A stretch of DNA of 64,000 nucleotides from an uncultured Ponticaulis sp. (GCA_963678615.1 OY782947.1:2118688-2182687); one strand, 5' to 3'; positions 38,639 to 48,327 are shown, counted from the stretch's first letter. Numbers and translations: made by a program. Notes: generated from the sequence alone by a model not told the origin.

Positions 38639-38716
38639 GGCGCTCTCCTGTCTTGTTACAGGAGTAATGTGGGCCCAAATCCACGTATTGCGAATAGGGT
38701 TTCCTGTCGCAGGGGG

Positions 38717-39196
38717 TTAGTCCGGCTTCACCGCAATGCACTCGATTTCAAGGCTCGCGCCAAGCGCAATTCCATCAACGCCAAAGGTCGAACGGGCTGG
38801 CTTCGGATCTGGCAAGGCGGCTTTATAAGCTGCATTCATTTCGCCATAGTCCGCCATGTCTTCCAGAAAGACTGTGCATTTCACAATGTCGGACAAGCTC
38901 GCGCCATGGCGCGCCAGTGTCGTTTCAATGTTTTTGAAAATCTGAGTGGTTTCCGGCCCTGCCCCACCTTCAACCGGCGTACGTGTGCCCGGCTCAATGC
39001 CAAGTTCGCCGGACAGAAAGATCAGGTCATCAACGCGCACGCTTTTGGAAAATGGCAGACCAAGACCTGTGCCTTCTGGCCCGAGATCATATTCGACTGA
39101 AGACGTTTTCGTGATGATCCGTTCTTCGTGATCCACCACAACACAGGCTGACAGATATATCAGGGCTGTAGATGCGAGCGCTAAACGTACAAACAT
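38717..39196 (-). CDS. RidA/YjgF family protein with lipoprotein signal
   Basis: LPFSKSVRV..LIFLSG, DIVKCTVFL, PARST, LEIECIA; N-terminal MFVRLALASTALIYLSAC. Confidence 0.88.
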   Translation of the reverse strand: MFVRLALASTALIYLSACVVVDHEERIITKTSSVEYDLGPEGTGLGLPFSKSVRVDDLIFLSGELGIEPGTRTPVEGGAGPETTQIFKNIETTLARHGASLSDIVKCTVFLEDMADYGEMNAAYKAALPDPKPARSTFGVDGIALGASLEIECIAVKPD

Positions 39197-39325
39197 GAGA
39201 CTCTCCGGCATAACTTCAGTGTCAGGATTACACGACCGCAGTATTTCTCAAGGCAGGGAACGTAAAAATCACGCTCTTGGTTATTGAATGCGCGATCGCG
39301 TATCGCTTTGCGGGCAACCAGACTA

Positions 39326-39703
39326 TCAACCGTCTCGTTTTGCGCCGAACATATCGCCAAGCGTTGTCAGCGCTCCACGCGCATATTGCGTTAATGTCGG
39401 TGTTTTGCCGCGCGCATGCCGAACGAAGTGAACACAGTTTGAGCCTGTCAGATCATAGTCATGGCCCAGGCGACGCAGCGCACGGTGATGCGCCAGATAT
39501 TCGCTGTCGCCGCTCGTGTTGGGGTGATGCGTGACCTCCCGGCCCTTGGCAAACTCACCAAAGGTTTGAGACACAACACCGCCCTCTTCGCCGTTATTGG
39601 AGAGTATTCGACCACCAAACGTCACCACGCCGTAATGGCGCAACACGCCACCAAAACGGACAGATACAATGTCACCAGGACGCAGATCATCTTTAAAATT
39701 CAT
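39326..39703 (-). CDS. Permuted NlpC/P60 (LRAT-like) protein
   Basis: PGDIV...RHYGV (His) and YDLTGSNCVHFV, resembling the LRAT NCEHF motif (Cys). Start uncertain (39703 or 39775). Confidence 0.65.
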   Translation of the reverse strand: MNFKDDLRPGDIVSVRFGGVLRHYGVVTFGGRILSNNGEEGGVVSQTFGEFAKGREVTHHPNTSGDSEYLAHHRALRRLGHDYDLTGSNCVHFVRHARGKTPTLTQYARGALTTLGDMFGAKRDG

Positions 39704-39854
39704 CGATAAACGATAATTGCATTTGATGTCGTCGTCAATCTCATTTGCAGCGACCCCGGATGACGCCGAAAACACGCAAACTAAAAATGGTTGATATGCA
39801 TTTGCCCCTCTCCTAATCCTGAGACATCAGAGGAAACCGGCACACCGCACTGAC

Positions 39855-40202
39855 ATGTTGTTCGCACTCACCATATCGCGCTTGCGCCTGTGTCTGGCTG
39901 TTTTGCTGACTGCTGTTTATCTGGCTGCGCCAATCGCAGAAGCACGCCATTCTGAGCACACAATCGAACATATCTGTGAAACGGCTATCACTGATGGTGC
40001 TGTAGCGAGTGATAAACTCGATCCACCAGCCGATCATACCCACCACACCCACAATTGTGGCAGTTGCCATATCCATCTTCTGAACGGAGACGCTGTGGTC
40101 GCCACAACTGGCCAACTTGTTTCCAGCTCACCCGGTCCACGACCTGCTGAAGCTGTTCTGAACCGCCCACCTGGGAACCCATACCGCCCTCCTCGCGGCT
40201 GA
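39855..40202 (+). CDS. DUF2946/CruR/CutF-like His-rich upstream ORF with CxxC and C-terminal RPP motifs
   Basis: Signal peptide (..APIAEA|R), 9 His, HNCGSCH, ends RPPGNPYRPPRG*, 65 nt before a TonB receptor. Confidence 0.75.
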   Translation: MLFALTISRLRLCLAVLLTAVYLAAPIAEARHSEHTIEHICETAITDGAVASDKLDPPADHTHHTHNCGSCHIHLLNGDAVVATTGQLVSSSPGPRPAEAVLNRPPGNPYRPPRG

Positions 40203-40260
40203 AACGGACTCCATCGGCACCTGCTCACCAGGCTGCCTTTCTCGTTTCAGTTTAAAGGGC
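40199..40260 (+). promoter_or_regulatory. Alternative RNA structures between the uORF stop and the receptor SD
   Basis: ctgaaacg(40199-206)/cgtttcag(40243-250); inner ggcacctg/cagg-c-tgcc; anti-SD gccttt(40235-240)/aagggc(40255-260). Confidence 0.55.
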
Positions 40261-40267
40261 AATCAAA

Positions 40268-42247
40268 ATGTCAAAGCAGTATTGGAGCAGCGCGGCTGCT
40301 CTCATCCTCTGTGCAATGGGACTTAACTCTATCTATGCGCAGGAAACACATCCACCGGGAGACGATCACGACGATGAAGCCGTGATGCAGAAAGTGGTCA
40401 TCTCAACCACACGATCTGGTCGGCTGGCTCAGGATGAACCAATGAAAGTCGAAGTCATCAACCGGGAGGAAATTGAAGAAAAAGCCATTATGCGTCCCGG
40501 CAATATCGCCACCATGGTGAATGAAACCGGCGGCATTCGGGTGCAGGTCACCTCTCCCGCGCTTGGCGCCGCAAATGTCCGGGTTCAGGGGCTGTTTGGC
40601 CGATACACTCAACTGCTCGCCGACGGTTTACCGCTTTATGGCGGACAGGCCTCTTCTCTCGGATTATTGCAGATTCCACCAACTGATTTGCGCAAGGTGG
40701 ACGTGATCAAAGGCAGCGCATCATCCCTGTACGGGGCGTCCGCTCTGGGTGGAGTGATCAACCTGCTCTCACGCCTGCCGGGCGATGAAGCCGAAGGCGA
40801 AGTTCTGTTCAATGTGACGTCCCGCAATGGTCAGGATATCACGGCCTATTATGCAACCCCGATCAACGACCAGCTTGGCGTCTCGATCACGGGCGGCGCG
40901 CACAAACAGGGTCTGGAAGACTTCGACAATGATGGCTGGATCGACATGCCGTCATATGAACGCTGGACGGCCCGGCCTCGCCTGTTCTGGGACAACCATA
41001 ATGGCGCGAGCATTTACGCTACGCTTGGCTTCATGACCGAAGACCGGACAGGCGGCACCAGAGATGGCGTCGACGCGCCAGATGGTTTGCCTTTCGTTCA
41101 GGCACAGGACACAACCCGCCTTGATGGTGGACTGATTGGTCAAAAAGACCTCAGCCATGCACTGACCGCACAGGTTCGGGCCTCGGCCATGGTGCAGGAT
41201 CACACCCATCAGTTCGGCAGTGTGATCGAAGATGATGAACATCAAAGTTATCTGTTCGAAACGTCTCTGACGGGCGCCTATGACGCGTCAAACTGGGTTC
41301 TGGGCCTCGCCTGGCAATCAGATCGCTATACGTCAGACACCTTTCCAGACTTTGACTACACCTATGATGTGCCGGGTGTGTTTGGGCAATATGATCGCGA
41401 CATTTCCGACGATCTGACCCTGTCACTCAGCGCGCGCCTTGATGACCATAACGTTTTTGGCACGCAATTCAGCCCGCGCGTTTCAGCGCTTTATCGGCCC
41501 GGAAACTGGACGATCAGAGGCTCTCTCGGCAAAGGCTTCTTCGCGCCAACGCCCTTTGTAGAAGAGATTGAAGATGCTGGCCTCTCTCGACTGGACCCGT
41601 TGTCAGGTCTGGTCGAAGAAACGGCGAAAACGGCATCACTGGATGTCGGCTATCAGACAGGAGGCATTGAGACCAATCTCACTTTGTTCGCCTCAGATGT
41701 CGAGCATGTCACCGAACTCGAAGCCTATGCGAGCAGTCCGGGCGGCGTTGAAGACCGCGTCCGCCTCGTCAACACAAGAGGCACAACCCGGATTCGCGGC
41801 GCAGAGCTCTTGCTTCGCTATGTGTGGAATGACTTCAAAATCACGGGAAGCTATCTCTTCATCGACTCAAGTGAGCCAAGTGTTGCCGGCTCACCGAACG
41901 ATGAAATTCCGCTGACACCAAAACACTCAGCCGGCATGGTCGCCATGTGGGAACGCCATGGTGAATTCCGGCTGGGTATGGAGATGTACTATACCGGCGA
42001 GCAGCGCATTGACGACAGCCCGTTCCGGACGCGCAGCGACAGTTTCCTCGATATTGGTCTGTTGGGGGAGATCACAATCGGCCCGGCGAGCTGGTTTATC
42101 AATGCCGAGAACCTGCTCGATGTTCGTCAGACCCGTGAAGAGTCGATTCTGCGCCCGATCCGCACGGCGAGCGGTCGGTGGACGACCGATATCTGGTCAC
42201 GCAATGACGGTTTCATCGTCAATGGCGGCGTGCGTCTGAAATTCTGA
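40268..42247 (+). CDS. TonB-dependent receptor (659 aa), probably metal-related
   Basis: Signal peptide, HPPGDDHDDE, KVVISTTR, VDVIKGSASSLYGASALGGVINL, C-terminal GGVRLKF. Confidence 0.93.
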   Translation: MSKQYWSSAAALILCAMGLNSIYAQETHPPGDDHDDEAVMQKVVISTTRSGRLAQDEPMKVEVINREEIEEKAIMRPGNIATMVNETGGIRVQVTSPALGAANVRVQGLFGRYTQLLADGLPLYGGQASSLGLLQIPPTDLRKVDVIKGSASSLYGASALGGVINLLSRLPGDEAEGEVLFNVTSRNGQDITAYYATPINDQLGVSITGGAHKQGLEDFDNDGWIDMPSYERWTARPRLFWDNHNGASIYATLGFMTEDRTGGTRDGVDAPDGLPFVQAQDTTRLDGGLIGQKDLSHALTAQVRASAMVQDHTHQFGSVIEDDEHQSYLFETSLTGAYDASNWVLGLAWQSDRYTSDTFPDFDYTYDVPGVFGQYDRDISDDLTLSLSARLDDHNVFGTQFSPRVSALYRPGNWTIRGSLGKGFFAPTPFVEEIEDAGLSRLDPLSGLVEETAKTASLDVGYQTGGIETNLTLFASDVEHVTELEAYASSPGGVEDRVRLVNTRGTTRIRGAELLLRYVWNDFKITGSYLFIDSSEPSVAGSPNDEIPLTPKHSAGMVAMWERHGEFRLGMEMYYTGEQRIDDSPFRTRSDSFLDIGLLGEITIGPASWFINAENLLDVRQTREESILRPIRTASGRWTTDIWSRNDGFIVNGGVRLKF

Positions 42248-42262
42248 AACCCGTAACAGGAT

Positions 42263-42287
42263 TGCCCGTCTGCTGAGCGGACGGGCA
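42263..42287. terminator. Hairpin between convergent genes, probable terminator
   Basis: tgcccgtctgc-tga-gcggacgggca. Confidence 0.6.
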
Positions 42288-42290
42288 GTT

Positions 42291-43070
42291 CTAATTCGCC
42301 GTCACCATGACGTTCTGACGTTGCAGCAGAGCTGAACCAAAAATCGTCATGAAGCTGATATCGGTCGCATCGCGACCATAAGTGATCCGCACCAGACTTT
42401 CTTCTTTCGCGAGGCGGGTCGGGTCAATCAGATGCCAACTGCCATCCAGCCAGACTTCAGCAACGGCGTGAAAGTCCGGCGGATTAATATCCGGCGCATA
42501 ACAGGACACCATGCGCGCCGGAATGCCGACAGAGCGCGCCAGCGAAATCAGAACATGCGCATAATCGCGACACACACCCTGTCTTTGCAGGAAACTGTCC
42601 GTCGCCGTGGTCGTCGCATCAGAAGCGCCCGGAACATAGTCGAAATTCTCGAAAATCCAGTCAGCCATTTGAAGGATCTGATCACCGCCGGAGACATCTC
42701 CAAACCGTTTCACCGCATAGGTTTCCAGTCGGTCTGACTCGCAATAGCGGCTGGGGAACAGATAATGGATCACATCCGGCGGTAACTCGCGACGCGGTGG
42801 CACGCAAAGGCCTGCAATGCTGAGCGGCTTTCGCTTCACATCCATAACCGCTTCATACCGGATGCGGGTGTTGCCACGTGTTTCCGTCCATTGACGACGC
42901 CCCGGCGTGCCATGCTCTTCAACGCTGCGCAACGTCGTGCTCTCACCTGTCACCGTGAGGCGATCGCGGATGAGTTTCTGATCCAGCATTGGAATGGCCT
43001 CAACCGCCAACAGAACATCTGTCGGTTCGGAAAAGAAATAGTCGAGTTCGGCTGTGATCGACACGCGCAT
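42291..43070 (-). CDS. Transglutaminase-like family protein
   Basis: YLFPSRYCESD, GVCRDYAH (Cys), DFHAVAEV (His), LIDPT (Asp). Confidence 0.92.
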   Translation of the reverse strand: MRVSITAELDYFFSEPTDVLLAVEAIPMLDQKLIRDRLTVTGESTTLRSVEEHGTPGRRQWTETRGNTRIRYEAVMDVKRKPLSIAGLCVPPRRELPPDVIHYLFPSRYCESDRLETYAVKRFGDVSGGDQILQMADWIFENFDYVPGASDATTTATDSFLQRQGVCRDYAHVLISLARSVGIPARMVSCYAPDINPPDFHAVAEVWLDGSWHLIDPTRLAKEESLVRITYGRDATDISFMTIFGSALLQRQNVMVTAN

Positions 43071-43218
43071 GGGCCAAATCCTCTGGGGTCAAAACAATTT
43101 TACGGGGGACACAAACTAGTCTCGCCCCTAACACGAAGCTCCGGGGCATTGGCAAGCCTAATTCGCGAAGTATTCAAAATAATTCTCCCTCAGAGAGTCT
43201 TCAGAGGGAGAAACTTAC

Positions 43219-43614
43219 TCAGTGATACCGGCAAGGGGTCAGTTCATTGGGTTTCGCCACCACTTGCTGCGCGTCGCGGTAGAGGATCTGCCCAGGCTGA
43301 TTGGTCCGCAGAACCCGAACCGGCAACCCCGCTTCGCGGAACAAGGCCGCCAGCGCCCACGCCCGGGAAACCGTTTGGGCATGCTGACAATCAAACCAGC
43401 AAATCCCGTGATATTGCCGGACACCCTTGGATCGCACCCAGGTGCGGTCCGGAAATGGAAGATTGGTGTTGAACCAATCCAACTCGGTATTGATCGCCTT
43501 GCGGAGATATACAGGCGCATCGTCACAAATATCCCAGGTCAGATCAGACCGGAAGAATCCAGGCGCAATGCCGCGCGCAGGCCCACGGCCCGGCGTAACA
43601 AATCGCATATACAT
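43219..43614 (-). CDS. Hypothetical protein (about 131 aa)
   Basis: Protein-like composition (LDWFN..LP.P, GICWF, RT..PG.ILYRD..QVVAKP). Start MYMRFV at 43614 is a guess. Confidence 0.65.
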   Translation of the reverse strand: MYMRFVTPGRGPARGIAPGFFRSDLTWDICDDAPVYLRKAINTELDWFNTNLPFPDRTWVRSKGVRQYHGICWFDCQHAQTVSRAWALAALFREAGLPVRVLRTNQPGQILYRDAQQVVAKPNELTPCRYH

Positions 43615-43629
43615 GAATAGCCATTTCTC

Positions 43630-43780
43630 ACCCCGCAGCTTTTGCGGGATGTCCAATTTCAAATTGTGAGGAGAACGGTCCGAACCGCTCAGATAAAACA
43701 GGCGTCGTTACGCCTTGTGAGAGACCTCACATGGCGGCGCGCTGTGGCTATATTTCTCAATGAAACGCATCGCTCTCTCC
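43630..43780 (-). promoter_or_regulatory. Attenuator-like structured leader: four hairpins with alternative pairing
   Basis: tgtgag/ctcaca, aggcgt/acgcct plus gttttat, gagcggt/accgttctc, cccgca/tgcggg; long-range tgtgagg/cctcaca. Confidence 0.55.
43708..43770 (-). CDS. Candidate 20-aa leader peptide MRFIEKYSHSAPPCEVSHKA
   Basis: SD ggagag 4 nt upstream of ATG; stop TAA lies in the terminator-like hairpin loop. Confidence 0.45.
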   Translation of the reverse strand: MRFIEKYSHSAPPCEVSHKA

Positions 43781-44100
43781 GATATTGTAGCCTGCCCGAT
43801 ATCACAGGTGGTATTTTTCAGCAAGATAAAGCCAGACGTTTTGTTCAGCCGAACCTCATTGCAGCTGATTACTTTCTCGCCTCTGGAGTCATGCTAAGCA
43901 GGTAGTGGAGTGATCGTTGGGGGATGAGATGAGTTCACGCACATTCGATATGAATTTCCGCCCGGACTATAATCCGCGAGCGCTGTTCGGCGAGTTGGCT
44001 GTAGGGCGCCAAAAACAATAATTTATTTGAACGGAGCCATTTCCCAATGCAGATGAAGTTTGTGGCGATCAGCGCTTCAATAGTCGAGCTAACCCGGCCT

Positions 44101-44238
44101 CTAGTTACATCCATAAAAGCCAGCACTTAAAGGCCAGGCAGTGTTTGCTTCTCCAAGCGCCGGATCGCTAAACTCCGCAAAAACAATGGACGCAACAAAT
44201 ACCGTTACTGTCAGGAATAGTGCCACTCTCTTCATCAT
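44101..44238 (-). CDS. Candidate small exported or membrane peptide (45 aa)
   Basis: MMKRVALFLTVTVFVASIVFAEFSDPALGEANTAWPLSAGFYGCN*; SD ggaagg; signal-peptide-like N-terminus. Confidence 0.4.
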   Translation of the reverse strand: MMKRVALFLTVTVFVASIVFAEFSDPALGEANTAWPLSAGFYGCN

Positions 44239-44268
44239 TCCAGTTGACCTTCCACGACTGTTGCTCCG

Positions 44269-44294
44269 AAAAAAACGGGCGCCGAAGCGCCCGT
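44269..44294 (-). terminator. rpoD intrinsic terminator with UUCG loop
   Basis: Minus strand: acgggcgc-ttcg-gcgcccgt followed by T6. Confidence 0.9.
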
Positions 44295-44304
44295 CCAAAT
44301 CTTC

Positions 44305-46272
44305 TTATGTATCCAGGAAGCTGCGAAGCTTACGAGACCGGCTCGGATGCTTCAGCTTGCGAAGCGCTTTGGCCTCGATCTGACGGATACGTTCCCGTGT
44401 AACCGAGAATTGCTGACCAACTTCTTCCAGCGTGTGGTCGGTGTTCATACCGATACCAAAACGCATCCGCAGAACACGTTCTTCACGCGGCGTCAGTGAC
44501 GCCAGAACGCGGGTTGTGGTTTCGCGCAGGTTTGACTGGATCGCGGCATCCACCGGCAGAAGGGCTGCTTTATCCTCGATGAAGTCGCCAAGGTTTGAAT
44601 CCTCGTCGTCACCGATTGGTGTTTCGAGAGAGATTGGCTCTTTCGCGATTTTCAGAACCTTACGGATCTTCTCCAGCGGCAGACCGAGCTTTTCTGCCAG
44701 TTCTTCCGGTGTTGGCTCGCGGCCAATCTCGTGAAGCATCTGACGCTGAGTGCGAACGATCTTGTTGATCGTCTCGATCATATGCACCGGAATACGGATC
44801 GTACGGGCCTGGTCTGCGATAGAGCGGGTAATGGCCTGACGGATCCACCAGGTCGCATAGGTCGAGAACTTGTAACCGCGACGGTATTCGAATTTATCAA
44901 CCGCTTTCATCAGGCCGATATTGCCTTCCTGAATGAGATCGAGGAATTGCAGGCCACGGTTGGTATATTTCTTCGCGATGGAAATCACGAGACGCAGGTT
45001 TGCCTCGACCATTTCCTTCTTCGCGATGCGGGCTTCACGCTCGCCTTTCTGAACCGTCTGAACAATGCGGCGGAAATCATCGATCGGAATACCGATTTCC
45101 TGAGCCGTTTCAGAAATGTCGTTACGGAGGATTTCGATTTGCGCATCCTCTTTCTCGACGAAACGTTCCCATTTCTTCGACTTGCCGCGAACGTCTTCCT
45201 GCCAGTCTGGTGCCAGCTCGTGGCCCAGATAAGCTTCAAGGAATTCACGACGCGGAACGCCATGTGAGTCTGCCAGACGCATCAGCTTGCCTTCAAGGCC
45301 CATCAGACGCTTATTGATCGCGTAAAGCTGCTCCACCAGTGCCTCAATACGGGCATTGTTGAGGTGCATCGTCTTCAGGTTTTCGATGATGTTGTTCTGG
45401 ATCGAGTCATAAGAGGACTGATCCTTATCGGTGAGGCCCTTGCCTTCCATGCGGCGGGAAATCAGCGTTTCCTGCAGCTGACGGAATTTGTTGAACTCGC
45501 CGGCAATCTCATCGAGCTTGCTGGTTACGCCGTCACGAAGTTCCGCTTCCATGGCCGACATGGACATGGCTGCGCCTTCGTCATCATCGTCATCTTCTTC
45601 GCGTTTGCGCTCGCCGTCTTCACCCTCTTCAGAGTTTTCAGACTCGTCTTCCTCGTCTTCTTCTTCCTCTTCCTCAGGCTCCGGAGGCGGGTTTTCCGCA
45701 CCATAAGTCGCCTCAAGGTCGATAATGTCACGCAGGAGAACGCGCTCATTCACGAGTTCGTCACGCCAGACCATCATCGCTTCGAAAGTCAGCGGGCTTT
45801 CGCACAGGCCGCGGATCATCGCATCACGACCCGCCTCAATGCGTTTCGCAATCGCGATCTCGCCTTCACGAGAGAGAAGCTCGACCGAGCCCATTTCGCG
45901 CAGATACATGCGAACCGGATCATCGGTTCGGTCAGATCCGCGGGCATTGCCCTTGGTCGTGGTAACGGCTTTTGACCCGGAAACGGTCGCCAGCTCGTTT
46001 TTCTTTTCGGCTTCTTCTTCGCCTTCTTCATCGGAGTCGACGACGGTAATGCCCATCTCAGAGAGTTGGGACATGATATCTTCGATCTGGTCAGGGTTGA
46101 CCTCATCAGACGGCAGAACTTTGTTCAGTTCCTCATGGGTGATGTACCCACGGGTCTTCGCCTTCTTGATGAATTTCTTTACACCTGCATCATTGAGATC
46201 CAGCACAGGACCTTCACCCTCATTGGTTTCAGTCTCATCTTCTGTGGCTGGGTTCGCTGCAGCTTTGCTCAT
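44305..46272 (-). CDS. rpoD: RNA polymerase primary sigma factor
   Basis: [83 protein letters not shown]. Confidence 0.99.
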   Translation of the reverse strand: MSKAAANPATEDETETNEGEGPVLDLNDAGVKKFIKKAKTRGYITHEELNKVLPSDEVNPDQIEDIMSQLSEMGITVVDSDEEGEEEAEKKNELATVSGSKAVTTTKGNARGSDRTDDPVRMYLREMGSVELLSREGEIAIAKRIEAGRDAMIRGLCESPLTFEAMMVWRDELVNERVLLRDIIDLEATYGAENPPPEPEEEEEEDEEDESENSEEGEDGERKREEDDDDDEGAAMSMSAMEAELRDGVTSKLDEIAGEFNKFRQLQETLISRRMEGKGLTDKDQSSYDSIQNNIIENLKTMHLNNARIEALVEQLYAINKRLMGLEGKLMRLADSHGVPRREFLEAYLGHELAPDWQEDVRGKSKKWERFVEKEDAQIEILRNDISETAQEIGIPIDDFRRIVQTVQKGEREARIAKKEMVEANLRLVISIAKKYTNRGLQFLDLIQEGNIGLMKAVDKFEYRRGYKFSTYATWWIRQAITRSIADQARTIRIPVHMIETINKIVRTQRQMLHEIGREPTPEELAEKLGLPLEKIRKVLKIAKEPISLETPIGDDEDSNLGDFIEDKAALLPVDAAIQSNLRETTTRVLASLTPREERVLRMRFGIGMNTDHTLEEVGQQFSVTRERIRQIEAKALRKLKHPSRSRKLRSFLDT

Positions 46273-46319
46273 CGACACTCTCTCTCCAGTCGCGGGCCCG
46301 GCACCAACGCCCGCTTGAA

Positions 46320-48206
46320 TTATTTTCGCGCTTTTTTGCGTCTCACCGCGTCATCAAACGCAGAAATCGCATCCCGAAGACCTGATTTTGAATTTTCAGG
46401 CCCATGGTTATTTTCATCACCTCGGGTTAGATCTCTGATCTCCGTCTTCAGTCGCGCCTTCTTTGATACGCAATCAGGCACAATAGCTTGTCCCCCGGCT
46501 TCACTACGAAGCCGTTGCTCGTCCTGGGACAGCTCGTCCACCGCGCAGAACCGCTCTAAGGCACTTAGCCATTCCCGACCCTCCGGAGAATTGGGGTCGA
46601 GCGGGGATACAGCCGGTTGCGTGCGCAGATATTGTAGAGCAGACTTCTTCCCAAGAGTCCGTAGATGGAGTGTCAAGCCCGTTCGGTCAACCTCTTCACC
46701 GTTTTCTAAGAGATCAAATACTGAATCTTTCAGGTCTGCGACCCCCGGATCGGGAAATTTTGCCAGTGCGAGCCGCTCCAAAGACGCCTCCAACAAGGCT
46801 GGCGAATCGATCAAACGCAGCAAAATGCCAAGCCCGCGCAAGTTTCCGGATGGCGTAACAATCGGAGCGGGCGCTGCTGGGCGTCCAGCGGGGCGGAAAT
46901 TCCCCTGACCGGCCCGTCTTAGCTCATAAAGGTGATTTCGCAGTCTTTGATGCAGTTCCCGGCCATAGGCCTTTTTCACCCCATCATGGGAAATCGTCGC
47001 GACCGCATGATCAAGGCGCTGCTCAAACCCTGCCTGACGTTCTGGGGTGTTCAGCGGATGCGCGGCAAGCTCTCTCGACCACAAAAGGTCGACCAAAGGC
47101 CGCGCGCCATCAAGCGCTTCTTTCATGGCATCCTTACCGCGTTCGCGGATCAGATCGTCCGGGTCGAGACCATCTGGAAGCATGGTGAAGAACAAAGACC
47201 GGCCCGGCTCCAGAAACGGTAAAGCGCGATCAATCGCCTTGTACGCCGCGCGTACGCCCGCCTCATCACCGTCAAAACACAGAATAGGCTCGCCGCCGAC
47301 TTTCCAGAGCAGCGAGAGCTGATCTTCGGTCAGCGCCGTTCCGAGCGGCGCAACCGCCCAGCCAAACCCGGCTTCGGTCAGCGCGATGGCGTCCATATAG
47401 CCTTCGCAGACAATCAGCCCTTCGCGATTCTCCATCGCAGCAGCCTCACGGGCACGGCGATAGCGGTAGAGCTGATGGCCCTTATGGAAGAGGTCCGTCT
47501 CAGGTGAGTTCAGGTATTTCGGCTTGGCATCTTTTTCCATCGCCCGGCCGCCAAAAGCGATGACATGGCCCTGCGTATCTTCAATTGGAAACATGACCCG
47601 GCCACGAAACCGGTCATAGGGCTCACGGCCAGTATCAGGCTGAATGATCAAACCGGCGTCCAGCATGTCATCAACACGTGCGCCGCTCGCTTTCAGCTTG
47701 TCCTGAAGATGTCGCCAGCCATCCGGCGCAAAGCCGAGACGATGACGCCCCCAGGCATCTTTCTTCAGTCCGCGACCTTCCAGATAGGCGCGCGCCGCTG
47801 CCCCGTCCGGTCCACGCAGGCTCTCTTCGAAAAAGATGCAGGCTGCTTCCATGACATCCAGAAGCCGGCCTCGGCGAGAGCGCTCCGCCCGGTCTTGCGG
47901 CGTATCCTGAGGCAGTTCCATACCAGCTTCTGCAGCGAGGCGCTCAATCGCCTCTGCAAACGAGGCGCGCTCTGTTTCCTGAATGAAGGAAATGACGTCG
48001 CCAAACTTGCCGGACGAGAAGCATTTGAAGAACTGCTTCTGATCATTGACGTAAAAGCTGGGTGTTTTTTCGGCAGTGAATGGCGACAGGCCGACCCATT
48101 CCTTACCCTTTTTGGTGAGCTTCACCTTGCGGCCAACCACATCTGAAATCCGGATGCGGGATTTCAGTTCATTGATGAAACTGTCATTGAAACGGGTGGT
48201 GGCCAT
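46320..48206 (-). CDS. dnaG: DNA primase
   Basis: [48 protein letters not shown]. Confidence 0.98.
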   Translation of the reverse strand: MATTRFNDSFINELKSRIRISDVVGRKVKLTKKGKEWVGLSPFTAEKTPSFYVNDQKQFFKCFSSGKFGDVISFIQETERASFAEAIERLAAEAGMELPQDTPQDRAERSRRGRLLDVMEAACIFFEESLRGPDGAAARAYLEGRGLKKDAWGRHRLGFAPDGWRHLQDKLKASGARVDDMLDAGLIIQPDTGREPYDRFRGRVMFPIEDTQGHVIAFGGRAMEKDAKPKYLNSPETDLFHKGHQLYRYRRAREAAAMENREGLIVCEGYMDAIALTEAGFGWAVAPLGTALTEDQLSLLWKVGGEPILCFDGDEAGVRAAYKAIDRALPFLEPGRSLFFTMLPDGLDPDDLIRERGKDAMKEALDGARPLVDLLWSRELAAHPLNTPERQAGFEQRLDHAVATISHDGVKKAYGRELHQRLRNHLYELRRAGQGNFRPAGRPAAPAPIVTPSGNLRGLGILLRLIDSPALLEASLERLALAKFPDPGVADLKDSVFDLLENGEEVDRTGLTLHLRTLGKKSALQYLRTQPAVSPLDPNSPEGREWLSALERFCAVDELSQDEQRLRSEAGGQAIVPDCVSKKARLKTEIRDLTRGDENNHGPENSKSGLRDAISAFDDAVRRKKARK

Positions 48207-48327
48207 CGCGGGAGTTTACATTTTTTTTACGATGATTCCAGTGTAGCAAATGCCTCTGCCCCTGTGGATAATGGGCAATTCCTTACCGCCACGCCGGTTT
48301 CGCATCATAGAAGGGCTTAGGCCCGCC

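Noticed and set aside
43929-44126. Short ORFs 43935-44126 (minus) and 43929-44021 (plus, MSSRTFDMNFRPDY...)
   Set aside because: They overlap each other, show no motifs and have no convincing supporting context.
45560-45690. Low-complexity GAA/GAC-type repeats
   Set aside because: They encode the normal acidic non-conserved region of sigma70.
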